64,000 nucleotides of DNA, from the NCBI RefSeq assembly GCF_009914755.1, contig NC_060947.1; one strand, 5' to 3'. Below the pieces are notes generated by a model that was given only the letters and a program-made list of their open reading frames with translations, was not told the DNA's origin and did no database searches. The first letter of the stretch is position 1, and each line of letters opens with the position of its first letter. This DNA comes from the human T2T-CHM13v2.0 reference genome, Homo sapiens. Below, piece by piece: positions 19,385-38,944 of this stretch. Made by a program: the position numbers and the translations under genes.

Positions 19385-20070
19385 GGCAAAATTCACATAA
19401 CACAAAATTTAGCATTTAAAAGTGAACAATCATGGCATTTAGTACATCAAGAATGTTGTGCAACCATCAGCTCTTTCTAGTGCCAAAGCATTTTCACCAT
19501 CCCTAAGTTTAAACCCTGTACCCATTAAGCTGTTATTCCCTATTCACTCTCCCTCAGCCCCTGGCAATCACCAATCTGCCTGATCCACTTAAAAAAGTAG
19601 TTTCTGATTGTAAAGGATACGTAACATAAAATTTACTATCCTAACCATTTGAAGTGCAGATTTGTGGCCTTAAAGTACATTCACAAAGTTGTGCAACCAT
19701 CACCATTATCCATCTCCAGAACTCTACAACTTCTCAAGCAGAAACCCTATCCCCATTGAACACTAACTCTCCAATGCCCCCTTCCTCAGCCCCTGGCAAC
19801 CACCATTCTATTTTTTGTCTCTATAAATTTGCCTATTCTAGGTACCTCGTGTAAGTGGAGCCATACAGCAGTTGCCCTTTTGTGTCTGGCTTATTTCACT
19901 TAGCACAGTATCCTCAAAGTTCCATCATGTTGTAGCATGTGTCAGAACTTCTTTTTGAAGGTCGAGTAATATTCCATTGTATGGTTACACCATTTCTTGT
20001 TTATCCATTCATCCACTGGTGAATACTTGGGTTGCTTTCACCTTTTTGCAGTTGTGAATAGTGCTGTATG
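19385..20070 (-). mobile_element. Two L1MB-like 3' UTR fragments
   Basis: Two copies of ...GTACAT...TTGTGCAACCATCA...CAGCCCCTGGCAA, then TGGCTTATTTCACTTAGC. Confidence 0.8.
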
Positions 20071-20159
20071 CTTGAGTCTCTGCTGCTAGTATACCTTTGA
20101 CATAGCTGTGATGGTACCTTGGACAATTTGGAGTTCTGATATTTCATTTAATGTTATAG

Positions 20160-20876
<717 letters not shown>

Positions 20877-20961
20877 TGAAGGGCCAGTTTAGACAACTCT
20901 TACAGACCTTTGCATCCATTCAAAAAGGTTTAGAGTGGGACATATTGTGTGAGATTTTAAT

Positions 20962-21089
20962 TATTTTTTTGAGAGAGAGGTGTCTCGCTATGTTGCCTAG
21001 GCTGGTCTTGAACTCCTGGCCTCAAGTGATCCTTCTGCCTCAGCCTCCCGAGTAGGTGGGATTACAGGTGTGTTCCACCATGCCTGGCT
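20962..21089 (-). mobile_element. FLAM
   Basis: Single reverse monomer. Confidence 0.8.
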
Positions 21090-21369
21090 AAAAGTGGGGC
21101 ATATTTGAAAATGTCTCCCTAGGAGAAGTTTGAGCCCATAGCACAGACACCCCTTGCAGAGCTCTCTTCCTCTGATCCTCCCCCAGCCCCATTCCCATCA
21201 AAGCTCCAGAAAAGCGAAAGGAGACAAAACAGATAACAAGCTGAACAACAGAGAGGAGTTTCTCTGAAGTTCAATGCTGAAAATAAGAGGGGAGAAAAAA
21301 AGGAGACAAGAAAAAACTTTAAGAAAAGCAGAAGTGAATTCCAATGAGTTTGCATTCAGCTTCAGTGAG

Positions 21370-21520
21370 TAGCCGCAAGGCTTGCCAGGGAGGCGAGCTG
21401 GGTGCCAGGCCCTCGCTATTTCTGCCTTCACCTGCGCCCTTCGTGCGCATCCGTGGGTAGCACCCGTAACGCAGCGGGAACGCCGACCTCCCGGACTTGC
21501 CTCCGCTCATGTCAAGTGGT
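21370..21520. promoter_or_regulatory. Small CpG-rich unique patch (candidate promoter/enhancer)
   Basis: Local CpG cluster outside any repeat, e.g. CCTGCGCCCTTCGTGCGCATCCGTGG...CGCAGCGGGAACGCCG. Confidence 0.4.
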
Positions 21521-22347
21521 AGAAGCAAGACTCAGGCTCCTTCAGGTAGCAGGGAGCAACAGAGGCATACAACAGCTTTAGAGAACCCAGGGACCCCTGC
21601 TGACAGCCCAGGGTGCCTGGTAAGGAAATAAAGTGTTTTGTTTGGCTTTGTTTTGTTCTGCACAGCCTTCTCTCCCAGCCCCATTCACCTCTACAGTATC
21701 ACTTGAAGCAACAATGTAGCTTAATTATGCTGCCTTTATAAAACTTTGAACTAGGCAGGCTCCTTTCCTTGTGCTAAAATCCTTTCCTTCCTTTCAGAGC
21801 TGAAAGAGCTTCCCTGCTCAGTCTGGTTTTAAAACCCTCACATCAAGCATGGAAAATTCTATAAATACCAAATGCATACCTGGAGTTTAACCTTTAATTA
21901 TTGTAGCCTCCAGCTCAACCTCCTGATTCTACCATTTTCTTTCTGCACATATGTCCTCTTTAAGCTCTGTCCAGAGTTTGATCAACATTAATAATAGTAA
22001 AAAAAATCTCCTTGGGAAGACTTTCAGAGCTGTCTGAAGAGGAACAGAAATTGTCAAAGTGGGTGCGATCTTTGGAGAAACACTCATCTGGCAGCCTGTG
22101 GCGCCGTATTGATGTTGGAGGTTTGGCTCAGTTTGGTGGCCTGAAATCACCACAATCCCATGCAAAGGAGGTAAAGCAGATATATACTGACTTGGCTCCA
22201 TTTTCCCCCAGGTAGTCTCCTGGATGCATTTGTTCTGATGACCACTGTTCTGGTTATTTATTGCTGCATAATAAACCACCCCAAAATTAGTGTCTTGAAA
22301 CACCAATCATTTAGTTTTGAAACCAAACCCATAGTCCCATAGACAGT

Positions 22348-22662
<315 letters not shown>

Positions 22663-22953
22663 ACGACAGGTTTTTTTTTTTTTGGTAAACATAGAAATTG
22701 ACCCTTCTGGTCTTAAAGCAGAAACCTTTATTTGTTTTATCCGAGTTCCTTCCTCAGGAAAGGACCTCCAGCCCTCTCAAAAAGTATCAAAGAACTGAAA
22801 TTCACCAGATCATCACATCCAGACAAAGAGATGCCAGGCTGCTCATTCATCATGATTGCTTCCTTACCCCTCCTGAGTTCCTGTTTTCTCACGTATAGTT
22901 ACATTTCTTCCTTGCTAAATAAACCTTAATTTTAGTAGGTCGAGGAGATGGAA

Positions 22954-23228
22954 TTTTTTTTTTTTTTTGAGATGGAGTTTTACTCTTGTTGCCCAGGCTG
23001 GAGTGCAATGGCGCGATCTTGGTCATTGCAACCTCTGCTTCCTGGGTTCAAGCGATTCTTATTCCTCAGCCTCCCACGTAGCTGGGATTATAGACGCCTG
23101 CCACTACGCACAGCTAATTTTTGTATTTTTAGTAGAGACTGGGTTTTGCCATGTTGACCAGGCTGGTCTCCAAATCCTGACCTCAGGCAAACTGCCTCCC
23201 TTGGCCCGCCAAAGTGCTGGAATTACAG
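22954..23228 (-). mobile_element. AluS, slightly 5'-truncated
   Basis: TSD GAGGAGATGGA. Confidence 0.93.
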
Positions 23229-23882
23229 AGGAGATGGATTTGACACTGATCTCCCATCTCTTTGGCTGCAGTACGCTGCAGTACCCAATTAAAGACTTCT
23301 TCCTTGGCAATACTTGTTTCAGTGATTGGCTTCCCGTGCAGGAACAGCAGGACCTAGACAGAACCCCTGGTGTTTTGGTAACAGATTGCTCCCAAATTTG
23401 TGATCTGGGCAGAGTCGGTGGGACCAGTTTGTCTTTGCTCCATGGAGCATTCTCTGGGGTGGCTTAAAGGATGGGGAGTGCTCGATGGCTGGGGGCCAGA
23501 ATCAGCCAAAGGCTCTGTGATCTAATCTCTCACAAGTCTGGTGTCTATGCTGGCTGTCCAATGGGACGCAGCTGGGGTTGTTGACTGTAGGCTGTCTGTG
23601 TGGCCTCTCTCTGTGGCTTCTTGGCTTCCTCATAGCATGGAGGCTGGGTTCTAATCATGAGTGTCCCAAGGCCACAAGGTAGAAGTGCATGGCATTCCCA
23701 TGGCCTAGTTTCAGAAGTCACATAGCTTCACTTCTAACATGTTCTAGTGGTCCAGGCAGTCATGAAGTCCTGATTAGGTTCAAGGGGAGCAGGTGTAGAC
23801 CCCACCACTGGAAGGGCCATTGCTATTGGGGTGTCATTGTCACATTGTAAGAAGAGTCTGTGGGATGGGAGATTGTGATAGC

Positions 23883-24262
23883 TGTCTTAGTTTGCTTAGG
23901 CTGCCATAACAAAATAGCATAGATGGAGTGGCTTAAGCGACCAACATGCATTTCTCAGTCCTGAAGGGTAGAAGTCCAAGATCAAGGTGTCAGCAGGGTT
24001 GGTGCCTGTGAGGCCTCTCTGGCTTGTAGACAGCCGCCTTCTCATTGTATCCTCACATGGCCTTTCCTGTTTGTGTGCATGGAGAGAGAGATTTCTGGTG
24101 TCTCTTCTTACAGGGACACCAGTTCTATTGTACTAGGGCCCCACTCTCACGACCTCACTTAATCTTAATTACCTCCCTAAAGGCCCTGTCTCCAAATATA
24201 GCCATATTGGGGTTAAGGTTTCAACCTATGAATTTTGAGGGGGACACAATTTAGTTCATAAC
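23883..24262 (-). mobile_element. MLT1A0-like LTR
   Basis: TGTCTTAGTTTGCTTAGGCTGCCATAACAAAATA...TTTAGTTCATAACA. Confidence 0.85.
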
Positions 24263-24566
24263 AGTGGCCATCTTTGGAAAATGCAATTTGCTACAAGCCC
24301 TGAGCTGTGTTCCTCTCTTTGGGTCTTTCAAGCTGAAATCATCCTTTTTGAGTGATAAGCAGGTCAAAAGGATAGTGTTGAGTTTGACCTGTAGGTGAGC
24401 TTTGGAAGATGTCACTCTGTAAAGGTCTTTTTCTTCCTGAGCCAAGTCTACCTGCCAAGCCTGGGACCAAGAAATATTTGAGGACTAGCAGCACAGTCTT
24501 CCTTTCTAAACTAGCTGTGTCACAGGGCCACAGGGGACACTGTGTTGATCAGTTTAAACCTTGACT

Positions 24567-25551
<985 letters not shown>

Positions 25552-25805
25552 CTTTTTCCCCTTTTTTTTTTTTTTGCACACAATCACCTTACACTTGCAG
25601 TAGTCCCAGGAAAAACCTGGGGAAAACGATCATACACGTGCACCCCATTCCCTCAGTAGGTTCTACCCTCGCAGGACTGTAGGACACTGGTTCTCCCCTC
25701 CCTGAGGCCTGGCCATCCTTGAGCTAAGATACACACACTTTTCACTTTAAGTAAGGATACTTGAAGACAAAATGGATTCAGCCTTGTACAGGAGAAAGTA
25801 CATAG

Positions 25806-26720
<915 letters not shown>

Positions 26721-27299
26721 TACCACTCCAAGGGTTGTCTTGCATACCACTTTGCATGTGCGTTCCCCGACCCTGGGGACCTTCTGGCATAGTGACCAGT
26801 GCAGAAACTTCTCTTGCCTCTCACTTTCTCTTCTGCTGGTCATGACTGATGCCTCTCAGCCCAGGTTTGAGCAGAGGACAAAGGCACCAGACTTAAAGAC
26901 CCCACCCACAGCCCCAAGGTGGATCAGGAGAAGCCCTCACCTCTTTGACCACACCATACCCAAGCCTTAGGTTGAGTTCACCAATGTGGCTCACACTCGC
27001 TTTGCTAGGGGAAAAGAAACCTGTTCTGTTGGCTATAAGGTGTCACCAAGGCAAGACTTGCATGTGCCTCTTACCTTGTGTGAAATTAGTAGTTTGACTC
27101 CCTTTAATGGGGTGTTGTGATATTTAATGTTTGCCAGAAGAGCCCCAGAGAAAAGGGTAGAGTAAATCCCAATGATGATTCTGTAGAACAATCCTGCTTT
27201 TCTTATTCATGCTCAGGAAGGGGTCTGGGACAAATGACTGAATTCAACACAAGTTCATGTTCCAACGAGCAGGGCCGCATGTACGCACGCAGTAAATAT

Positions 27300-29250
27300 C
27301 TTTAACACTTTATAGGAGAGCAAAAGGAGGCAATTCTCTTAGCAGACTGCCCTGTAATGCTGGTCTGATTCATTCCTGACTGATGTGGCCCACATGTGTT
27401 CCCTGCGACAGCAGAAACAAGTGGCCTTTGTGCCCTGTCAGCGTTTTCCGTCCTGGCGTAAATTAGTTACACTCCAGCCATTTCATTAAGAAATTATGTC
27501 TCTGATGTGACGTGTCAGGTTTCCAGAGGTGGACAGAAAAGCCTGCCTGTGGCTGGGGGCGGCCTTTTCCCCTGAATACAATGACTGCTCCTGTGCCACT
27601 TGATCATTAGGGAGAGAGGGGGAGGGACAAACAGCCGTACTAGACACGCCACTACCACAGCGGAGTAGGACAAGAATGTAACAGAATTATCGGAGGCTTC
27701 ATAGTCGTCCTCCTCACCCCCACGCCTGGGGTTAGAATATTACAGACATCTGGAATTATGACTGGTTAAATGCAGTCAAACACAGATTTCTTTTTGTGGA
27801 AATATTCTGATCTAAGACCCAGGAGGGCAGGAAGATTGGGTAATTGCCATCCTTGCAATAAACATATTATGGAAGTTTATAAACTTGGCCTATCTCTTTG
27901 GCTGCTTTAGGCTTCTGGTGTGCCTGGGATGGCTTTGATTTTGAAATTACTTAGACGATAGGCAGACTTTTCCTCTCCTCAAATTCGCAGCTCAATCTGA
28001 TAAACACATCTGCTGCAAGTCCTGTTTTGGCTAGTTTGGGGCACACCAAAGGACAGCGTACTTTTTATGAAATAAATATCTAAAAAGCATTTATGTGACC
28101 CAGCCGGAGTTGGGAAGAATGGAAAGTATCACAAGATATTCCGTGCACACGATATCTAATCTCCTTTTTATACAGAAGAAATTCAAATGAGCCTCTGCCA
28201 TTAAAACTTTGATTATCAGAAACTTCGTTTTAATCAGAGCTTGCCATAAACGCCGCGTGCTCAGCTGACTTGTGTATTTAACATTCTTGATATTATACGC
28301 TGTTCCAATTATCCAAATTTTTCTTAAACTCAATTTCCTGGGGCCTCTTGGTGTTCAGCTAATCAAGCTTTAACTTTTTAAAAAAGTGTTTATCTCTGGG
28401 CTTTCTCTATACACATTGTGTATATATACACACAGGGACCAGATCTAGGAAGATGCCAGGGTGCATTTTTCAGGCTGCCAAATGCACACTCATGGTGTGG
28501 GACTTTGCTGATAAAGGAAAAACGCTGGACAGTTGGAAATTTAAATGCTGCCAGCTTTATTCTCGACCACCTCAATGCCCTGCCTGAACAACTGGCCTCA
28601 TATTCATACCGCCAGCCCGGGCCACTCCACACTCCCCCGTGGCACCTGGTACTGACCACCGGAGGCAGATGGCGCACTCTATGGATGCAGATTTTGCTGG
28701 CTGCCTGCTTTCCTCTGCTGTCTTCCCAGTCGCTCAGAAAGATTAGCTTTCAGTGATGTGGTTAGCATACACAGCACTCATAACTCAATCCAGTATATCA
28801 CACAATCACAGGAAATACCGCGTGTCATTACAACGTGCATGCTTCTGAGGCAGTCCCCCTGCACAACACACATCGTGGCATATGCACATGCACATATTGC
28901 ACCCAGACACACACACCCTCCATTCTGCACCCACAATTCATTGTGCAGGCTGTTGCATATTTGGGCAACAGAGCAGTTTGGGGAGAGGATTGACTTTTTT
29001 TTTTTTTTAATCTTTGTGGCTACTTTGCTTTCTATTCTAGGCTCGGTCCACAGGGGTCAAGAATTGTTAAGAAAGTCCATCTTGGCCTCAGTCCATTCTA
29101 GCCACCGGAAGTGTTGGAGCCAGTGATTGTGTTCTTTCACTTGAGGGAGGGCAGGTCAGCTACAGCAGGCCCCCCGCTGCCTGCCTCGGATCCAGCATGA
29201 TTGCATCCCGCAGACCGGCCGCGCCAAGCCAAGCCAAATGTCCACTCAGC
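27300..29250. promoter_or_regulatory. Repeat-free block, candidate conserved enhancer
   Basis: No recognisable TE for ~2 kb; retained CpGs; homeodomain-, SOX- and bZIP-like motifs. Confidence 0.4.
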
Positions 29251-29641
29251 ATCTTCTGCGCATGCCTAGCAAGTCCCTTTGCCCTTTGAACCAAGCTCTT
29301 TTCTGCCATCGGAATGTTCTTTCCCCCTTTTTCTGTCTATTGAAATCTTCCCCTTTTCTCAAAGCCCACTCAAGCCCCACCTCCCTTGAAGAGGCCAGCT
29401 GGAAATGATCTCTCTCTCATTTCAGCTCCTCGAAGCCCTTATTCTCTATAGCACTTCTTAGATCCAAAGTAAACACTACCATTGGGTGTTTGGGGTGTTT
29501 TTTTGTACGTGTAAGAGCAGGGACGTTGCCTTGTGCTTCTCTGCCTCCTGATGGAGACTAAATATGATGACTTGCACATAATAGGCATTCAACAAATGTT
29601 TGTGGTTGATGATACTGCTACTAGCAGCTACTGTTGATTGA

Positions 29642-29984
<343 letters not shown>

Positions 29985-30052
29985 CTTTTTGTTTTTGATT
30001 AAGTGAATTTTACATACTTGATGCTTTAATATGTTCTCCTTACAAAGAATTA

Positions 30053-30434
<382 letters not shown>

Positions 30435-30589
30435 TTAATTTCCCTCCCCAGAGAACCCACTGTTAATAGTTTGGCCTACCAGACTTTTGCCTAATATATA
30501 CAACTGTGATTCACAGTTTAAACTTCACAACATCTTAAAAAGTATTATTATTATTATTTATTTATCTTTAAATATTTTATTTTAAAAAA

Positions 30590-30712
30590 TAAATAGAGAT
30601 GGGGATCTCACTATGTTGCTCTGGCTGGTCTCAAACTCCTGGGCTCAAGCAATACACCTGCCTTGGCCTCCCAAAGTGCTGGGATTACAAGCGTGAGCCC
30701 CCGCACTCAGTC
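30590..30712 (-). mobile_element. FLAM_C-like
   Basis: Single reverse monomer. Confidence 0.8.
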
Positions 30713-30714
30713 TA

Positions 30715-30830
30715 CTTTCATTTTAGAGTTGAGAAAAATTGAGTCGAGAGGTTAATGAACATTTATTTCCAAGGTCACACAGGTAGTAAGTGGAAGAGCC
30801 AGGATTTGAACCTGGCCTTTGCACTCGCAT
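30715..30830 (-). mobile_element. MIR
   Basis: CCAAGGTCACAC...GTAAGTGGAAGAGCCAGGATTTGAACC. Confidence 0.75.
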
Positions 30831-31019
30831 CTGAATCATTGTGGGGCTTACAGAGTTGCCTCTGGACTGCCTGTATTGTAACAGTCCCTTACAGGTGATT
30901 CCAGTGTATGCAAAGGTTTATGAAAATACTGCTCTAAAAGCATCCAGGGCGGTCTCCTGCCTTCTAGCACCTGTCTACACTGCCCCATCCCACCCCCACC
31001 TGCTAGAGGGACAGCCAGA

Positions 31020-31250
31020 GGCAGTAGAGTGATGGTGTTGCCCACATGAATCACACCATCTGGATTCAGATCCTGGCTCTTCTACTTCCAACTGTGTAAC
31101 TCCAGTAAATTAATTAACCTCTCTGGGCCTCATTCTCCCCATCTGTAAAATGGGGATGGTAAATAATAACACCTTACCCACAAGGTTGCTGTGAGGATTA
31201 AATTAGGTTAATGGACATAAGGCATTTAGAATCATACCTGGCCAAGTAGC
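31020..31250 (+). mobile_element. MIR
   Basis: AACCTCTCTGGGCCTCA...CATCTGTAAAATGGGGAT...GTTGCTGTGAGGATTAAA. Confidence 0.8.
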
Positions 31251-31569
31251 AGCTGTACCCTTTGCTGCTGTTATTAGAGCTCAACTAATCTGGAAGCTTT
31301 CTGGGGAGCCCCTTAGGTCTCTCAGGCCATCATTTGACAGTAGGATCACAAATTGTAGTTCTCAGTGACATTCTCAGATTGGGTCTTTTTTGAGCTCAAA
31401 CATCCTGCTTGTGACTGCCTGGAAAGACCCACGTGAGTGGAGGCCATTCCCTGTCCAATCCCTTCCAGTGACAGGCAGCTGGAAGGAGCTTCAGAGCATC
31501 CAGTGGCCTCCAGAGCTTTTTCTTATGTCTATCCTACTTCTCTCCTACTGTCTTTTGAGAGGCCAGCCC

Positions 31570-32020
31570 TTCGTGGGTGCCGTTGGCGTCCAGCCAGATT
31601 CCCTGTACTGGCCGGTGCGTACATCCCCAGACAGATGGCTTGCGGAGTCAGCCTTCTCTGGGGAATTGCTATCAGCCTTACCCAGGGATGACCATTTGGG
31701 CTTATGCCCTCCTTTTGCCCTCATGGGGGTGGCCTGCAGTCAACCAATGACTGATTTGGGGACAGAAAAGCCTGGCTGCCTTGTGTCAAGTATGGGGAGG
31801 AGTGTCGCTATGATGCCATTCATAATCCAGAACCCCCACCCCACCCTCAGTCTGACGCTAGACTTTGGCCAAATCCCAATCTTTGCTTGCCTTCCCCACC
31901 CCCACTCTGCTTCTCTCCATCCTTACCTTTATCTCCCGAGAGCCCTCCCTCCTCCATCTTTCATTTGCACAAGAATCCCTGTCTAAGGCTCTCTGCTTCC
32001 AGGGAACCTGACCTAAGATA
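31570..32020 (+). mobile_element. LTR16-like ERVL LTR
   Basis: CAGATTCCC...CCAATGACTGA...TGCACAAGAATCCCTGTCT...GGAACCTGACCTAAGATA. Confidence 0.65.
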
Positions 32021-32693
32021 CCACTGGTCACCACGGCCTGCAGTAATAACCCTCGCAATGCATGGAGACTGTTACCAAGCCATTCCTTGGCCTCTCCGTC
32101 CCCACTTAAGTAATTAGTTCCCTCTCAGGGCTTATTTTCTAACCCTCTAATCAGAAGCTGGCATCAGAGGGAGAGGATGATAAATGAAATAGGGGGTGGT
32201 GGTGCCGCGTGGAGCTGAGCAGCACAGTCACCTGGGAGCCAGGAGCAGCGGGAAGCTCCTACTCAAACCGGAATGTCAGGACCACCGGCTGAAGACACTA
32301 ATTTGCGTCTCCTTTCTGCACATTTACACCCTGAGGTCAGGAGACTTAATACCAAGAAAATAACATTAGTTAGTTCTGCTTGCTGCAGATACATTAAAGC
32401 CAACAGAGAGAAGGTTGGATATGTGGGAAATACAGAAGAGACTATTCAACCGGTTCATGTCGTGCATCGTAGATTTGGAGGGGCAGGAAGGCGCTGAGTG
32501 CACGCAGGCCAGGGAGGTGTGTCTGCCCTGGTCTATCACAGTATCACAGAAACAAAGCAGTTGCCAGGAACAGCTGTCCCGCCCCACTGCCTTTTGGTCC
32601 AACACTTTCTCGATAAATATCTGTTGACATCAGAGCCTTTGTCTTTCTCTCTGCAGTGCAGTTCCCTGAACAGTATCTCTCCAGAAACTGTTT

Positions 32694-32987
32694 TCTTTTT
32701 TTTTAAGATGGAGTCTCACTCTGTTGCCCAAGCTGGAGTACAGTGGTGTGATCTCGGCTCACTGCAACCTCCCCCTTCTGGGTTCAAGTGATTCTCCTGC
32801 CTCAACCTCCTGAGTAGCTGGGATTACAGGCGCCCACCACCACTCCGGGCTAGTTTTTGTATTTTTAGTAGAGATGAGGTTTCACCATGTTGGCCAGGTT
32901 GTTCTCGAACTCCTGACCTCAAGTGATCCGCCCACCTCGGCCTCCAAAAGTGCTGGGATTATAGGTGTGAGCCACCCATCCCAGCCC
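32694..32987 (-). mobile_element. AluS
   Basis: TSD CAGAAACTGTTTTC. Confidence 0.95.
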
Positions 32988-33344
32988 AGAAACTGTTTTC
33001 TAGGGAGCTAATACTGCTGTAATGGTGGACATTTCCCTTTTACCTTTCCTAATTCTCCGAAAGAAGCCAAGTGATACGTGACCTATTCCTTTCCTTTGGA
33101 GGTCAGGGTTTGCCAGTGGGTAGGGGACTCACAGCCATATTTACAGCAATAGGGTAACTGACATGGCCTAGAAAGGGGACAGCAGATATCATATTAAGGA
33201 CACTTTTTGGTTATCTAAAAATTATTTATGATTTAAATACAAAACATGATACATTAGGGGGAAACATCAAGAAACACAAACACCTAGGGGCAATTCTAGC
33301 AACTTTCTGTATAAATTTTATTTCACAAATAAATGCTTACTCGT

Positions 33345-33558
33345 CCTTTTTTTTTTTTTTTTAAGAGACAAGGTCTCATTCTGTCACGCTGTAACACAGT
33401 GGTGCGATCACGGCTCACTGCAGCTTTGACCTCCAGGGCTCAAGTGACCCTCCCTCCTCAGCTTCCCAAGTAGCTGGGAGCACAGGCACATACCACTATG
33501 GCTGGCTGATTTAAAAAATTTTTTGTAGACACAGGGTCTCGCTATGTTGCCCAGGCTG
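33345..33558 (-). mobile_element. AluJ, partial
   Basis: Reverse right arm plus start of left arm. Confidence 0.85.
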
Positions 33559-33688
33559 AAGGAGAACCTTTAATTTACTCTCAGCTAAGTTTTACTGAAG
33601 TTTGAAAACCATCAGTCCTGGGCAAATCTTCCAAACTCTTTCATAACTGGGTGTGTCCATGAGGATGATCCAACATCATTTACTGTTT

Positions 33689-33702
33689 TCTCTCTCTCTC
33701 TG

Positions 33703-33758
<56 letters not shown>
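33689..33758. repeat. Compound (CT)n(TA)n(CA)n microsatellite
   Basis: Directly visible. Confidence 0.95.
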
Positions 33759-33789
33759 TGTACTTCCACATACATACATATACCATTAA

Positions 33790-34660
<871 letters not shown>

Positions 34661-34862
34661 CCTTGCTATGTACTAGACATTGATGTCAGAGCTAAAGAGA
34701 TTCAGAGGAGGCTAAAAATTGGTTTCTACCTTCGAGGAACTTCTAGTCAAGGAGAGAAGACATGCACCCATGCAATGTCATTAACATGAAACAGTAAGGC
34801 AGACACATCAGAAGACACACGTGAATGAAGAACCGCTGTGACACTTAGAAGGAAGGAGGGGT

Positions 34863-35488
<626 letters not shown>

Positions 35489-35790
35489 TTTTTTTTTTTT
35501 TTTTTTTTTTTTTTGAGATCGAGTCTCACTCTCTTGCCCAGGCTGGAGTGCAGTGGCACAATCTCGGATCTTGGCTCACTGCAGCCTCCGCCTCCCGGGT
35601 TCAAATGATTCTCCTGCCTCAACCTCCCAAGTAGCTGGGACTATAGGCGAGTGTTACCACACCCGGCTAATTTTTTGTATTTTTAGTACAGACGGGGTTT
35701 CACCGTGTTAGCCAGGATGGTCTTGGTATCCTGACCTCGTGATCTACCCACCTTGGCCTCCCAAAGTGCTGGGATTACAGGCGGGGGCCA
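35489..35790 (-). mobile_element. Alu (Sc/Y-like)
   Basis: Reverse dimer in tandem. Confidence 0.92.
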
Positions 35791-36348
35791 CTTCTCCAGG
35801 GCTAAACTCTTTATCTCTTTATTTGTTGGGGAAAGGGTTGGGAGTCCTGTTGCCTATACAAGATATGAACTGTGAGTGAACTCAACTCTGCTTGTTAGAG
35901 GCTAGCCTTCCCACCTTTGACAGTTCACCTGTGGGGCCTGTCGTTTAAAATATGGAGAAAATGTTAACGTCCCTTCCCTACCCTTCCCTGCACTGCACTC
36001 TTCTTCCCCAAAAGTTATGGATCCTATTTGTCCATGTGTAAAATGTTCTTCTAAATAGTTAAATGCACACATATATTCGCATATAGTTGTGCCTTATCTT
36101 TTGTTAATTCATTTGTAAAATGGCAAGCAAGTCCAAAATACAGGGGCCCCAAAGCCAGAGTTGGGGCAAGGACTGTGCCACCCCAGCAGAAGAGGGCTGG
36201 GTGGGTACTGGTAGGGGTATGGCAGTTGGGGAATGGGGGTGACCAGAGGGCCACAGAATTGGGAGCCATTCTTCATGTTTTCCTTTTTCTCCCACTTCTG
36301 GTAGCAAGATTTTTTTGTTTTTGCAGCTCGTTCCAGTGTCTATTGTCA

Positions 36349-36895
<547 letters not shown>

Positions 36896-37046
36896 CTAAG
36901 GGTTCATTCTAGACTGGCTGTATCCAACTGGCCAACTTGATAGGCCTGCTGTACTAACAGGGGGTGGGGCAGGAAGCCTCAGACCTCCTCAGAACCCAGG
37001 TGAAGAGAAACTGTCTCCTGACAGTCTCTAAAGAGAGATAGGGAGG

Positions 37047-37448
37047 CGTTGTGAGCTAAACTGTGCCCCCACCCCCATTCATTCATATGTTGAAGTCCTA
37101 ACTCGCAGGATCTCAGAATATAACTGTATTTGGAGACAGGCTTTTTACGGAGGTGATTAAATTAAAAATGAGGTCGTGAGGGTGAGCCTTAATCCAATTT
37201 GACTGGTGTCCTTATGAGAAGAGGAAATTACGACGCAGACACACACGCAGGGAAGACCACGTAAAGACACAGCGAGAAGCCAAGGACAGAAGCCTAGGAC
37301 AGATCCTTCCCTCACAGCCTTCACAAAGAACCAACCCTGCCAACACCTTGATCTCAGACTTCCAGCCTCCAGAACTGTGAGACAATAAATATATTTTGTT
37401 GAGGCTACACAGTGCATGGTACTTTGTCATGGGAACCCAAGCGGACTG
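37047..37448 (+). mobile_element. MLT1B-like LTR
   Basis: TTCATATGTTGAAGTCCTAA...GACTGGTGTCCTTAT...CAGCCTCCAGAACTGTGAGACAATAAAT. Confidence 0.85.
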
Positions 37449-37700
37449 CTCTAGGAGGCGAGTGGAAGATGGCCTCTGAGCAATTCCTCACAGGCCTCCT
37501 GTCTTCTCGTGTTCTGCCAAGAGCAGATAAGTTGCAGTTCAAGCCTTTGCCCGCATGGGCTATGTGGATATGTGCAAGGTAACTGGGGTGCTATGGTAGA
37601 GCCCTTCCCCCAGCTGTCACTAGCTTTGTGGATAGTGAGAGATGTTGTGCTATCTGGCAAATATTTCAATGCACACGTGTATTCACTCATATTATTTTAA

Positions 37701-38490
<790 letters not shown>

Positions 38491-38567
38491 AGAACTCATA
38501 TTGTTCTCTGTCTTGAGCTATACGATGATTACATGAATGTGTCCAGTTTCTGAGCCACACACACTTA

Positions 38568-38910
<343 letters not shown>

Positions 38911-38944
38911 TTAAAGGTATATATAATTAAAATAATGACTGGAA

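Noticed and set aside
22012-22215. ORF RLSELSEEEQKLSKW..., superficially protein-like
   Set aside because: Short, non-ATG start and no family I recognise; kept only as a possible non-coding exon region.
31390-31986. 198-aa ORF
   Set aside because: Lies mostly in an LTR16-like repeat; non-ATG start; no recognisable domain.
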